NCBI GenBank assembly: GCA_051532055.1
Contig: JAOPTX010000028.1
Span: forward strand, 25,440-48,874
Direction: 5' to 3'
DNA: 23,435 nt
From: Fibrobacterales bacterium
Lineage (GTDB): Bacteria > Fibrobacterota > Fibrobacteria > Fibrobacterales > JAOPTW01
A program made the translations under genes and the position numbers. The stretch's first letter is position 1; every line of letters begins with the position of its first letter. The notes below the pieces were generated by a model. It did not search any database. It was not told the DNA's origin and saw nothing but the letters and a program-made list of their open reading frames with translations. This document shows, one piece after another, positions 7,568-17,001 of this stretch.

Positions 7568-8284
7568 ATGATGAGAGTAATACTTCTAATCTGCATTTTC
7601 AGTATCCTTTGTACCGCGCAACTTAGACTAAAACTTGGAGTAAATACTCCTAAAAACAGTCCCGCCTACAATGCAATCAATGACTACTGGCAAGCAATTA
7701 GTCGATACACTGAGGATATATATGAGATTGTCCCCATGAACCCAGAGAGTGAGTTTGATGCAGTTAATCTCGGTAGTATCGATGGAGGAAGTACCAAGGG
7801 CCTCACATTCATAAACCGAGATTCTAACTTTATCGTCATCGATGAGCCATTCGTCAAGCTTTCTATTGCAGTTATTGGGAAATCCCCTTCCACGATACAA
7901 CACTGGGCTGATCTTTCTCAAAAAAAAGCCGTCATTTTAGAAAGTGCATACTCAATTAAACAACAATTAAAAAAGAACGCCATAAAGGCAATTCCTCTAA
8001 AACAATATAGTGACCTTATAGAATCCGTATGTCTTGCTCACGCAGACGTTGCAATTGTTGAATCAGCCTATATCCCCCAACTCATGGATGCAATAGCACA
8101 ATGCCCTACTCTATCAGTGCATACAAAAAATATCGATAGTATTATCAACTACAGTTATCTTCATAAAAAGTATGCTCATAAAGTAATAGATATCAAACGT
8201 GCTATGATAATGGTTAAGGAGAGCGGCAAATATCAAAAGATAATTAAAGAACATTTCGACCATCTGTTCAATGCCACTCTTTAG
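7568..8284 (+). CDS. Orphan substrate-binding protein, family 3-like
   Basis: Signal peptide, IQHWADLSQKK, ADVAIV, and C-terminal AMIMVKESGKYQKIIKEH pattern. Confidence 0.7.
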   Translation: MMRVILLICIFSILCTAQLRLKLGVNTPKNSPAYNAINDYWQAISRYTEDIYEIVPMNPESEFDAVNLGSIDGGSTKGLTFINRDSNFIVIDEPFVKLSIAVIGKSPSTIQHWADLSQKKAVILESAYSIKQQLKKNAIKAIPLKQYSDLIESVCLAHADVAIVESAYIPQLMDAIAQCPTLSVHTKNIDSIINYSYLHKKYAHKVIDIKRAMIMVKESGKYQKIIKEHFDHLFNATL

Positions 8285-8298
8285 TCACCCCTCCCTCT

Positions 8299-10434
8299 TT
8301 ACCATGTTAACCCATGACCAAGGGGAAATTCACCCACTTGACCGTCACCATCATTGATTGGTATTTGTTCATAATTTTTGGGCCAAGTATACGGTAATGT
8401 TCCCGTAGGTGAAACATCTCCAAAAAGAACATCAGCAACACCCGCACCTTCAGAGCCCGGTAAAAATGACATTACAAACGCATCAGAAGCAGCGATTTCA
8501 TCACCCAATATCATTGGGCGTCCGGATATAAGTACCACTACAAAAGGAATACCAGCTTCTTTATAGGCGCGTACTATTGCACTTTGGTCATTAGGAATAT
8601 AGAGGGCATTACGACCTTCACGTTCACAATCCATAGCACTACTTGGCATACCACCATTGGACTTACATGCATAATCATCCCCTATCCATTCTGCATAGGG
8701 TTCTTCACCGACAACAATTATAGCAACATCTGCATCAGCCACAACACGAGTCACCGAATATTCAATTTCTGCCCCCGATGCCACTTCTTCAATACCTTCA
8801 AGTATAGTGGTCGCTACACCGCCATCATAATCAGCCCAATTATCACCTTCTTTATATCCTTGCCAACCACGTGTCCATCCTCCCGATTGCAAGCTCAAAT
8901 TATTTGCATGCCAACCAGCCACAGCAATTTTACCACTTTTCTTAAGAGGCAAAAAAGAACTACTATTTTTTGCAACAACTGTTGATTTCTGAACCGCTAC
9001 ACGGGCAACAGCTTTATGTTCTTCAAGCCCCACCTGTTGAATTAAGCTTCGATCTCCATAAGGGTTTTCAAAAAGCCCCAATCGGAATTTCATACGAAGT
9101 ATTCTTCGACAAGATTCGGAAACCACCGTTTCATCTACTTGGCCACTCTGTACGAGTTGTACTATTTCGCCATGTACATTGGTATACTTTTTCTCATTGT
9201 TACCCACAGCCATAAATATATCGACACCAGCTTCTAGTGCTCCTTTTACAGTTCCACCTTCAACCCAAAATCCTTCCCAGTCCGAAACAACCACTCCATT
9301 AAAGCCTAGTTCTTCCTTAAGAATACCCGTAAGAATCTCTTTATGCATATGCATACGTATCCCATTAACGCTATTAAAGGCAGCCATTATGGCAGTCACA
9401 CCAGCATCAATAGCCGCTTCATAAGGCGGAAGATATATGTCACGGAGATCCTTATCACTAATTTCAGCTTCTCCCCTCTCAATACCGTTAAGCGTTGCGC
9501 CATCACCTAAGAAATGTTTCGCGGTAGCACCAATCGTTTTTGAGTCTAACAGGTCACCTTGTAAGCCCGTGACGAGTGCTCTACTGAGTGGCGTCGCAAT
9601 CTCTGCCGTTTCACCCAGCCCTTCATATACGCGCCCCCATCGTTCGTTTCGAGAAACGGTAACACAAGGACCAAAAGTCCAATTTGATCCACCTGCAGCT
9701 GTTTCGAGAGCCGTAATACGACCAATTTCTTCTGCAAGTACTGCATCTCCACTCGCAGCTAAATTTATATTATGGGGAAATACCACACTTCCTTCGAGAT
9801 AATTATTGCCATGTACGGCATCAATCCCCACGAGCATCGGTATTTTTAAACGACTATTCATCATCACATCTTGCACTTTATCAGCCTCATCCATCCAACT
9901 CGTTGCGTTATTGGGGACGTGATCATTACTGCCCCAAATGACCGAACCAATATTATAATCAGCAAGATTATTAATTTCATTCCAACCAAAGAGTACCGCT
10001 GCCATAGAAGGTTGAATCATCTGCCCCACCTTCTCTTCGAGTGTCATCATAGCAAGTAAACTATCTACTTTTTGTTCGATTATTGGATCAAGTTCATTAC
10101 CGCTCACCTCAATACTTGACGATACAGCCTCTTCTGAAGAGCTCACCGTATCAAAACTGCTTTCCGTACTCGATGACTCGATCACTTGCTCATTAGACGA
10201 TTGTACAAAACTACTCGAACTCTCATTCATTGAAGAGGATGAGTACTGTTCACTCGATTCTTGAGGGGCACTACTCTCTATTTTCTCAGTATCACTTGAA
10301 TGACCATCAAGCGACTCGATAGAAGATTCTCCCAAATCACTTGACCCTTGTTCAGAAGGCCCTTCAACGGCTGGGCTACAACCGACAAGAGCTACAAGCC
10401 CCACAAAAACGAACAATGCAATTATTTTTTTCAT
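8299..10434 (-). CDS. GH3 beta-glucosidase / exo-beta-glucanase lipoprotein with Ser-rich linker
   Basis: Lipobox LVG-C and about 90-aa Ser/Glu linker. Motifs MTLEEKVGQM, IDAVHG, RWGRVYEG, KHFLGDG, GFNGVVVSDW (nucleophile), VVGEEPYAE (acid/base), SGRP. Confidence 0.95.
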   Translation of the reverse strand: MKKIIALFVFVGLVALVGCSPAVEGPSEQGSSDLGESSIESLDGHSSDTEKIESSAPQESSEQYSSSSMNESSSSFVQSSNEQVIESSSTESSFDTVSSSEEAVSSSIEVSGNELDPIIEQKVDSLLAMMTLEEKVGQMIQPSMAAVLFGWNEINNLADYNIGSVIWGSNDHVPNNATSWMDEADKVQDVMMNSRLKIPMLVGIDAVHGNNYLEGSVVFPHNINLAASGDAVLAEEIGRITALETAAGGSNWTFGPCVTVSRNERWGRVYEGLGETAEIATPLSRALVTGLQGDLLDSKTIGATAKHFLGDGATLNGIERGEAEISDKDLRDIYLPPYEAAIDAGVTAIMAAFNSVNGIRMHMHKEILTGILKEELGFNGVVVSDWEGFWVEGGTVKGALEAGVDIFMAVGNNEKKYTNVHGEIVQLVQSGQVDETVVSESCRRILRMKFRLGLFENPYGDRSLIQQVGLEEHKAVARVAVQKSTVVAKNSSSFLPLKKSGKIAVAGWHANNLSLQSGGWTRGWQGYKEGDNWADYDGGVATTILEGIEEVASGAEIEYSVTRVVADADVAIIVVGEEPYAEWIGDDYACKSNGGMPSSAMDCEREGRNALYIPNDQSAIVRAYKEAGIPFVVVLISGRPMILGDEIAASDAFVMSFLPGSEGAGVADVLFGDVSPTGTLPYTWPKNYEQIPINDGDGQVGEFPLGHGLTW

Positions 10435-10777
10435 ATTTCCCCAACTTCACATTTAGTCTGATGTATTATAAATCTATATCAATAGAATGCTATCTATTTT
10501 TTAAGCCCCAGTTAGAGCAACAAATTGTTGACATTTGTAGACATATTCTTGTATGTGTATTTAATGAAGATCGCAGTTTTATCATCTACCTCATTATAGA
10601 GTAAACAGTGTATATATTACGATCAAACCTGCTTGATAGTCCCTTCATGTCCCACAAGTAATATATATTAATTTGCTCTTTACATTCTCTAAAAACCATA
10701 TTGTTCCTTTTACATTTGAGGTATTTGTATTACTTTATCTCTTACATACTTAAGAGCAATATAAAGGGAAGATTTCT

Positions 10778-11044
10778 ATGAAAAAAAATAGTTTTTGCCA
10801 ATCATGCGGATACCCAATGAAAAAAGACCCCAAAGGCGGTGGGACCAATGCAGATGGTACAATCAACGAAATATATTGCTCAATGTGCTATGAAAATGGT
10901 CAGTTTCTCAACCCACCAGACATTGATACTGCTCAGAAATTTCAGAAATATTGTATTAAAATGATGAAAAAAAATGGTATGAATGGAATACTTGCTTGGC
11001 TTCTTACTAGAGGAATCCCCCGTTTAAAGCGTTGGGAAAAGTAA
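10778..11044 (+). CDS. Zinc-ribbon domain protein (Zn_ribbon_2-type)
   Basis: CQSCGYPM...GTNADGT..YCSMCYENGQF...IPRLKRW. SD AAGGGAAG. Confidence 0.85.
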   Translation: MKKNSFCQSCGYPMKKDPKGGGTNADGTINEIYCSMCYENGQFLNPPDIDTAQKFQKYCIKMMKKNGMNGILAWLLTRGIPRLKRWEK

Positions 11045-11070
11045 CCTTCTATCACATAAATTATGGCACA

Positions 11071-11104
11071 AAAAAAGGCGACACATATTTTGTATCACCT
11101 TTTT
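11071..11104 (-). terminator. Terminator between convergent genes, strongest on the minus strand
   Basis: Minus-strand AAAAAGGTGATACA-loop-TGTGTCGCCTTTTTT. The two imperfect positions are G-U pairs on the minus strand only. Confidence 0.75.
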
Positions 11105-11122
11105 GCCCAAGATACCCCTATT

Positions 11123-12817
11123 CTAGCTACCAGCTGGAATAGTTGTCCCCAAATCTGGTATTAACCAGACATCCTTACGAAGATCGACACCACCTTCCAT
11201 CTCCTCTTGTACTGCGCGGTCTACTATATAGACCCCAATTTCTGCCATCGCATCAAAAGTATCCATTCCATCATTAGGGAAGCCTTTACGAGTACGATGT
11301 ATGTTAAAGGCATCAGAAAAGGTTCTTCCAAAGGCAGTTTCTACCCCCTCTTTTCCAAGCATAAACCCGAGCATACCACCCCATGTTGCTGTCGGATTGT
11401 CAGAGTCCCATCCACAAAGTGCACCAATTTTTATAGTCTCAACAATATCCCCTTCTCCATACAACAGGCTAACAATACTTGCGGCGAAGTTTATCCCTGC
11501 GGCAAAACAGCCATTACAATCGAGGTTTTTAGAAGTAATGTCATATCCATCTTCCTGATCAACCTGATACCGTTGATACACACCATCTCGTGCTTCCTCC
11601 CATGTTGAACCACCCTCATATTCACCTTTAACGTAGTCATACATCTTTGCACTGTATGAGTCATCAGGAAGGCGTTGACGTGCTTTATCCCCCATCCACA
11701 TCACCTGGTCTTTCATTGATAAGCTTTGATCAACATACGATGTAAGTGAATACATAATTACATAAAATTCAGATATCCATTCAGCATTTTCGCGAGCCGT
11801 TGTCTGAATAGGGAGATGCGCCATTTTTAGAGCAACATTCGGTTGAGCGGGTGCATAAAAGCCAAATATTTCTGTCGTTAACTGAGCATCTATTTGAAAA
11901 AAGTCGGAATTATTTGCTGGGTCGCTTGTTTCAGGAGGTACCATATTATCATTGATCATAAGTTGATGTGCAGTTTGATTCGAAACCCATAGATAATTTT
12001 CGAAATCATCTTTATAGTCTTTGCCATAGGGTGAATTATCTTTTTCATCATACACATGCTCCACCCAACCATCACGTATTTGTTCACCAGTAAGAATACT
12101 CGTTTTATGCTGGTACAATAGATATTGATAGATATACTCGATATCAGTATCATCATCAGCTCCCCAAATATCACCTTCTGGATCGAGTACAAAATCAATT
12201 AATCCTCCTGCAAGGTTACTTTGAGCCCCCGCCCAAATACTGGCAATATCATCTCCTCCCCAGTTTTCTCTTGTATAAAAGGGTAAGCCTCCCTTACCAC
12301 TTCCACCGATTTTATCCATCTCAGTAATAAGTCCAGTCCAGTTAGCAATACATTGGCCTAACCAAAAACCGTACAGTTTCTCTTTATACTCTGCACGATT
12401 AATGACGATTTCGTCTCCTGTAGCACTGTATTCAAGATAATCTAAATTGGAATCCATCAATTCATTATTAATTGCACCCAGTGAAGAACTTTCCATACCG
12501 TCCGACGATGATTTATTTGAAGAATCTGAAGACATATCGCCATCTTCTGATGAAGTATGTTCATCACTACTCTCATCAGCCATATCACCACTCGATTGCT
12601 GATCATCAACTGATTTTTGTCCATCAGAACTTTCGGACGTTTCAGAACTATTCCCAGAATCTGAAGATTGCTCGTCATCAGTACCCACTGATTCACTACT
12701 CGTAGGTTCAGAAGAGCTCTCAAAGCTACTCTCATCTTCAACTTTTGGGTTCACGGTAGCACACGACATAAGTGATGCAATTACTGCAAATCCTAACATT
12801 TTGTTAAAATTGACCAT
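11123..12817 (-). CDS. ADP-ribosylglycohydrolase-family lipoprotein with Ser/Asp-rich linker
   Basis: Lipobox LMS-C and about 95-aa linker. Motifs G.WLGQCIANWTG..TE, GADDDTD, IDAQLTTE.FG, GWDSDNPTATWGG.LG (metal-binding acidic motifs of the ARH/DraG fold). Confidence 0.85.
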   Translation of the reverse strand: MVNFNKMLGFAVIASLMSCATVNPKVEDESSFESSSEPTSSESVGTDDEQSSDSGNSSETSESSDGQKSVDDQQSSGDMADESSDEHTSSEDGDMSSDSSNKSSSDGMESSSLGAINNELMDSNLDYLEYSATGDEIVINRAEYKEKLYGFWLGQCIANWTGLITEMDKIGGSGKGGLPFYTRENWGGDDIASIWAGAQSNLAGGLIDFVLDPEGDIWGADDDTDIEYIYQYLLYQHKTSILTGEQIRDGWVEHVYDEKDNSPYGKDYKDDFENYLWVSNQTAHQLMINDNMVPPETSDPANNSDFFQIDAQLTTEIFGFYAPAQPNVALKMAHLPIQTTARENAEWISEFYVIMYSLTSYVDQSLSMKDQVMWMGDKARQRLPDDSYSAKMYDYVKGEYEGGSTWEEARDGVYQRYQVDQEDGYDITSKNLDCNGCFAAGINFAASIVSLLYGEGDIVETIKIGALCGWDSDNPTATWGGMLGFMLGKEGVETAFGRTFSDAFNIHRTRKGFPNDGMDTFDAMAEIGVYIVDRAVQEEMEGGVDLRKDVWLIPDLGTTIPAGS

Positions 12818-12884
12818 TAGACAATCCCCTCGAATTCTATGTAGAGATAAATATATATCTAAAAAGAGGAGAAAGAGGGGCCAT

Positions 12885-12905
12885 ATTCTTACATTATGTA
12901 AGAAT
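12885..12905. promoter_or_regulatory. Perfect 10-1-10 palindrome, candidate operator
   Basis: ATTCTTACAT-T-ATGTAAGAAT, 68 nt upstream of ATG 12817. Confidence 0.55.
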
Positions 12906-12998
12906 CACACTTTACTGTCGACCAACTCCTTATTAAAACAATAAAATAGAGAGTTTATGGTTAAAAACAGCTAAAAATTATTTAAGAAGAATACTTAT

Positions 12999-14744
12999 TT
13001 ATCCCTCTTCTTCAGCAATAGAGAGCTCATTCTTATCACTCAAGAGAGGGCCTCCTTTTTTTAAAGTACTAAAAACAATGATTGTCTCAATAATCATCCA
13101 TACTTCCAATACAAATACTGCTATCCCTATACTAAAGAGCATCCAATTTTCACTCTCCCAAAAGTTCTGTAAATTATAAACCATAGCCCATCCTGTCATG
13201 ACGACCATAAATACCATGGGGATTGCCGTATAATAGGCTGAAACATTTCGTTTTACCAAGTAAATAGTCATTACTAAGAGAGCAAGCCCTGCCAGCAACT
13301 GATTAATCGACCCAAAAAGAGGCCAAAGCGCAAGAGCTCCTTTCCCATTGCCATTCGAAAAGGCAAGAATAAAGGCCGTAATAACAGCAAAGGCAGTTGC
13401 CGGGTGTTTTCCTTTCAGAGGCTTAATATTCATCGCATCAGCAAGTTCCGTTACGACATAGCGCTGAATACGTGTTGCAGAATCAAGTGTCGTTGCCGCA
13501 AAAGAGACAAGAAAGACCCCCATAATAGCAATGGTTATTTGAACAGGAATCCCAAGAGTAGCGATCATATTAGAAGAACCCGTTACAAATGCTCCCAGCT
13601 TTGCTGAGAGGCCTTTTGCAGCAGCCCAGCTACTATAATGGTGACTAAAGGCTTCAGTACCCAAAAGTATGACACCATCACCTCCTTTAAGCCCCATACC
13701 AAGTCCAGCCCCTATAGCAATAATAACAAGAGTAGCCATCGCGCCTTCAACAAGCATTCCACCATACCCAATAAATTTTGCATTCCGTTCATTATCGCAT
13801 TGCTTCGAAGAGGTCCCTGATGAGACCAAACTATGAAAGCCAGAGACCGCCCCACAGGCAAGTACTACAAAGAGAAAAGGTAAGAGCGGGGGCGCACCTT
13901 CAGGATCAGTGACCAATGCTGGAGCAACAATATCTGGTTGCGCGATTACAACTCCCAACACCAGTAACCCCATAGCAATCAACAACTGGTGTGAATTAAG
14001 ATAATCTCTTGGTTGGAGAAGGAGTGTAACCGGTAAGGTCGAAGCACCATAAGCATATATCAATAAGAGTACCATCCAAACGGTCAATCCAGAGAACCCA
14101 AAGAGTGCAGGCATTTCAAAGGGCACATAACTCCCCAAAACGACGGTGGCATACATCACTATTACCCCAATGATACCCAGCGTTATGTGACTCATTCCTT
14201 TTTTATACATGAGATAACCAACCCCTATCGCAAGAGGGATTTCAAACCACACTGGTATTACCGCTTCGGGATACATCCCGAAAAGAAGTGCAATAATCAA
14301 AGCAAAAACTGCAATAACAATCCAAAGAGCAAAAAAGATAATTGTTAAGAAAAGGCCGCGTACCCGAGGATTAATAATATCCCCTGCCATCTCACCTACT
14401 GATTTTCCTTCATTTCTGAGAGACATAACCAACGACCCAAAATCGTGTACTGCCCCCATTAAAATAGATCCAAAGAGTACCCATACCATCGCGGGAACCC
14501 ACCCCCAAATAATGGCTACTGCCGGGCCAACAATAGGTCCGAGACCTGCAATTGAAGTAAAATGATGCCCAAAAAGGACATGCTTATCCGTCGGCTCAAA
14601 GTCCACACCATCTCGTTTTGAATGAGAGGGCACCTTATTATTTGGGTTTATCGCAAATATCTTTTGAGAAAGAAATGTACCATAAGTACGGTATGCTATG
14701 ATATAGGCAATGCCAACAACTACAGCAAGGATAAGTGAATTCAT
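12999..14744 (-). CDS. cstA: Carbon starvation protein A family transporter (peptide/pyruvate)
   Basis: DGVDF.PT..VLFGHHFTSIAGLGPIVGP, GAVHDF, LLLQPRDYLN, ACGAVSGFHSLVSSGTSSKQ, TTLDSATR, LWPLFG..NQLLA. Many TM helices. Confidence 0.95.
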   Translation of the reverse strand: MNSLILAVVVGIAYIIAYRTYGTFLSQKIFAINPNNKVPSHSKRDGVDFEPTDKHVLFGHHFTSIAGLGPIVGPAVAIIWGWVPAMVWVLFGSILMGAVHDFGSLVMSLRNEGKSVGEMAGDIINPRVRGLFLTIIFFALWIVIAVFALIIALLFGMYPEAVIPVWFEIPLAIGVGYLMYKKGMSHITLGIIGVIVMYATVVLGSYVPFEMPALFGFSGLTVWMVLLLIYAYGASTLPVTLLLQPRDYLNSHQLLIAMGLLVLGVVIAQPDIVAPALVTDPEGAPPLLPFLFVVLACGAVSGFHSLVSSGTSSKQCDNERNAKFIGYGGMLVEGAMATLVIIAIGAGLGMGLKGGDGVILLGTEAFSHHYSSWAAAKGLSAKLGAFVTGSSNMIATLGIPVQITIAIMGVFLVSFAATTLDSATRIQRYVVTELADAMNIKPLKGKHPATAFAVITAFILAFSNGNGKGALALWPLFGSINQLLAGLALLVMTIYLVKRNVSAYYTAIPMVFMVVMTGWAMVYNLQNFWESENWMLFSIGIAVFVLEVWMIIETIIVFSTLKKGGPLLSDKNELSIAEEEG

Positions 14745-14745
14745 G

Positions 14746-14778
14746 ATCTTCCCCTGTGATTTATTAACAGGGGAAGAT
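14746..14778. promoter_or_regulatory. 12-bp perfect inverted repeat covering the cstA ribosome-binding site
   Basis: ATCTTCCCCTGT-9nt-ACAGGGGAAGAT, ending 1 nt before the ATG. Confidence 0.6.
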
Positions 14779-14844
14779 AGATAATATTCTTCGCTTCAGA
14801 TATCGTTTTATAAGAGGTCACATTATTTTACAATGCGAAAATAA

Positions 14845-16909
14845 TTATCTGGTTTCTCGATTCCATATACGGTTATTTTCAATAAGAAAACTATTGAGTG
14901 TCATACGCTTTTCAATTTCATCGCGTAGTTCAGAAACGACACCACTATACTCTGCAGCTCTATTGTGTTCTTCTCGAGGGTCACTGAATCGATTATACAC
15001 CATCGGGGCACCAGATCCACCATTCACTGGCAAATATATCGTCAACGAGTCGCGTGTGTACAGTGCCCATTGATTGCGCCCCCAAAGCACCGTATTACGC
15101 TCTTGTGTGCCGGCCCGTAAAAGACTATGCCCCATAAAGTGATTTGTTTCTTGAATACCCGCAAGGTCGAGAATGGTCGGTGCAATATCGTATTGCGATG
15201 CAGGGTTGGTTACTGGACCTGCTGCAGGGAGCTCTGGATGTTCTCCAATAATCATAAAGGGGAGCCAACGACATTCGGGAAAGAGTCCATTATTTATTGA
15301 AGCATCAGCATGTTCACCCAACGGAAACCCATGATCTGCCGTTACAATCACCACAGTATTTTTAAACCATGGTTCAGATTTTATTTTTTTGTACCAAGCC
15401 GCAACCGCATTCTCAGTATAGCTCATAGAGTTAACCATACGCTCCTGTAAGTCAGCTCCCTCTGCATGAGGCTCCATTCCATCGACTTCATTAAATGGAT
15501 AGTGATTAACTTTAGTAATCGATGCCAGGAAAAACGGCTGTTCATTACTTAAAGAATCAATCATCCAATCAGCCATTTCAGATAAACGTTGATCATCACG
15601 TTCTTCATTATTATTATAATCCCATGATTGATACCACTGGTTGAGCCACGGAGTTTGATTGTCCCAGGCGGGGTCAGGCACTGAAAAGAATTTGGTTCGG
15701 TATCCCTTGTCCCCAAGTATATTCACAAAAGACTGCTGTTTTAGAGTAGGAAAGGCTGATGCTAAAAAAGTATTTTGATGCTGAATCAGGGAAAGATGCA
15801 TACCAGTAAATGCCCCTATTGTTGGAATGCCAGAAATCATCATATGACTCCACCATGGGTTTTTCTGCGCATGACTATTTAAAAAAGGTGTTCCGTCACG
15901 AACAGCCCCAACATCTTTCATAAATCCAGCATTAAGCCCACGATGACTTTCTAATATGAGAAGAACGACATTAACGGGCTTGTCATCAACGCCATCACAA
16001 TTTTCGTCGATACCATTACTCGGGATGTCTATTGCTCCAGGATATGCCAAAGGATTGTAATCATCACAATCGTTCCGTGCTGCAAATTGGTCACCATCTC
16101 GATCTTCGTCGCAAAAAGAATATGTTTTTGCTTTCTCATTACAAAGTGCATGCAAGCTCTTTTTCACATAGGGGAATTCTTTCTCACTAAAAAGAAATGA
16201 GCTATCTCCCTGAATTTCCATCCACTCTTGTTGAAACGCATTTACTGCTCCATCATAATCTTCAGTAGTGAGAGAAACATCGGTCGAGGTAGTGAATTCT
16301 TTGTATAGAGTTTTAAGAACGGGTTGCAATTTGCGTTCCCGATTGCCCCCACGCCAAAGAACCTGAGTGTAGAGATAACTGACAACCAGCATAACAACAA
16401 AGCCGAAAATAATTTTATTAAAAGTGTGTTTCAGCATATCCCACCGTCTTTTTTGAAAAAAGCCAGAGGAAAAATATACTCCCTGGCAACAGAATCAATT
16501 GAAAATAAGGTATCGACATATCCTCTTTAAGATAATCAAAAACCATTGCATATGATGCACTATTACCATAGGTAGAATACATATTCATATTAAAGTGCCC
16601 CCCCAAAAATCGATAGATTTCATTATCAATAATTGTTAATACAATTATTACCGTATGGAGAAGAAGTGTAACCCAAGGAAAACGATTACGTCCTTTAAAG
16701 AGAATTACAACGATTGCAATGCAGGTATTCAGTGACAATATCCATATCCAATCGAAACTTATTGCATGAAATATGTACCAAGAGAATTTCCCGACGAAAG
16801 GATTACCATAGGCATCAGCCCTTCCTAGCTGTGCAATACGTAATATAAGATGCACCACAAATACCGGAAAGGTTAGAAGTACAATCTTTTTCCATTGTGC
16901 GAAATTCAA
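14845..16909 (-). pseudogene. LTA-synthase/sulfatase-family membrane protein split by a 1-nt frameshift (ORFs 16418-16909 and 14845-16437); could be a sequencing error
   Basis: The N-terminal ORF is all TM helices. The C-terminal ORF has one TM, then NVVLLILESH, PTIG (Thr nucleophile), NHYPF, TADHG, SQYDIAPTILDLAG, FMGHSL. Removing one base gives a single ORF of about 687 aa. Confidence 0.75.
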
Positions 16910-16936
16910 AGGAAGGTCCTCACAGAAGTCTCAAAA

Positions 16937-16972
16937 TTCAAAACACAAATATAATAATATTTGTGTTTTGAA
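16937..16972. repeat. 16-bp perfect AT-rich inverted repeat between the UbiB kinase and LTA-synthase-like genes
   Basis: TTCAAAACACAAATAT-AATA-ATATTTGTGTTTTGAA. Confidence 0.7.
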
Positions 16973-17001
16973 ACGACCAATGTAAAGGAGTAGATTAATG
17001 A

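Noticed and set aside
16448..16455. A_AAA_AAG classic -1 ribosomal frameshift heptamer, in frame in the upstream LTA-synthase ORF
   Set aside because: A -1 shift reads GAC GGT GGG ATA TGC TGA and stops. The downstream ORF is in the +1 frame, so -1 frameshifting cannot join them.
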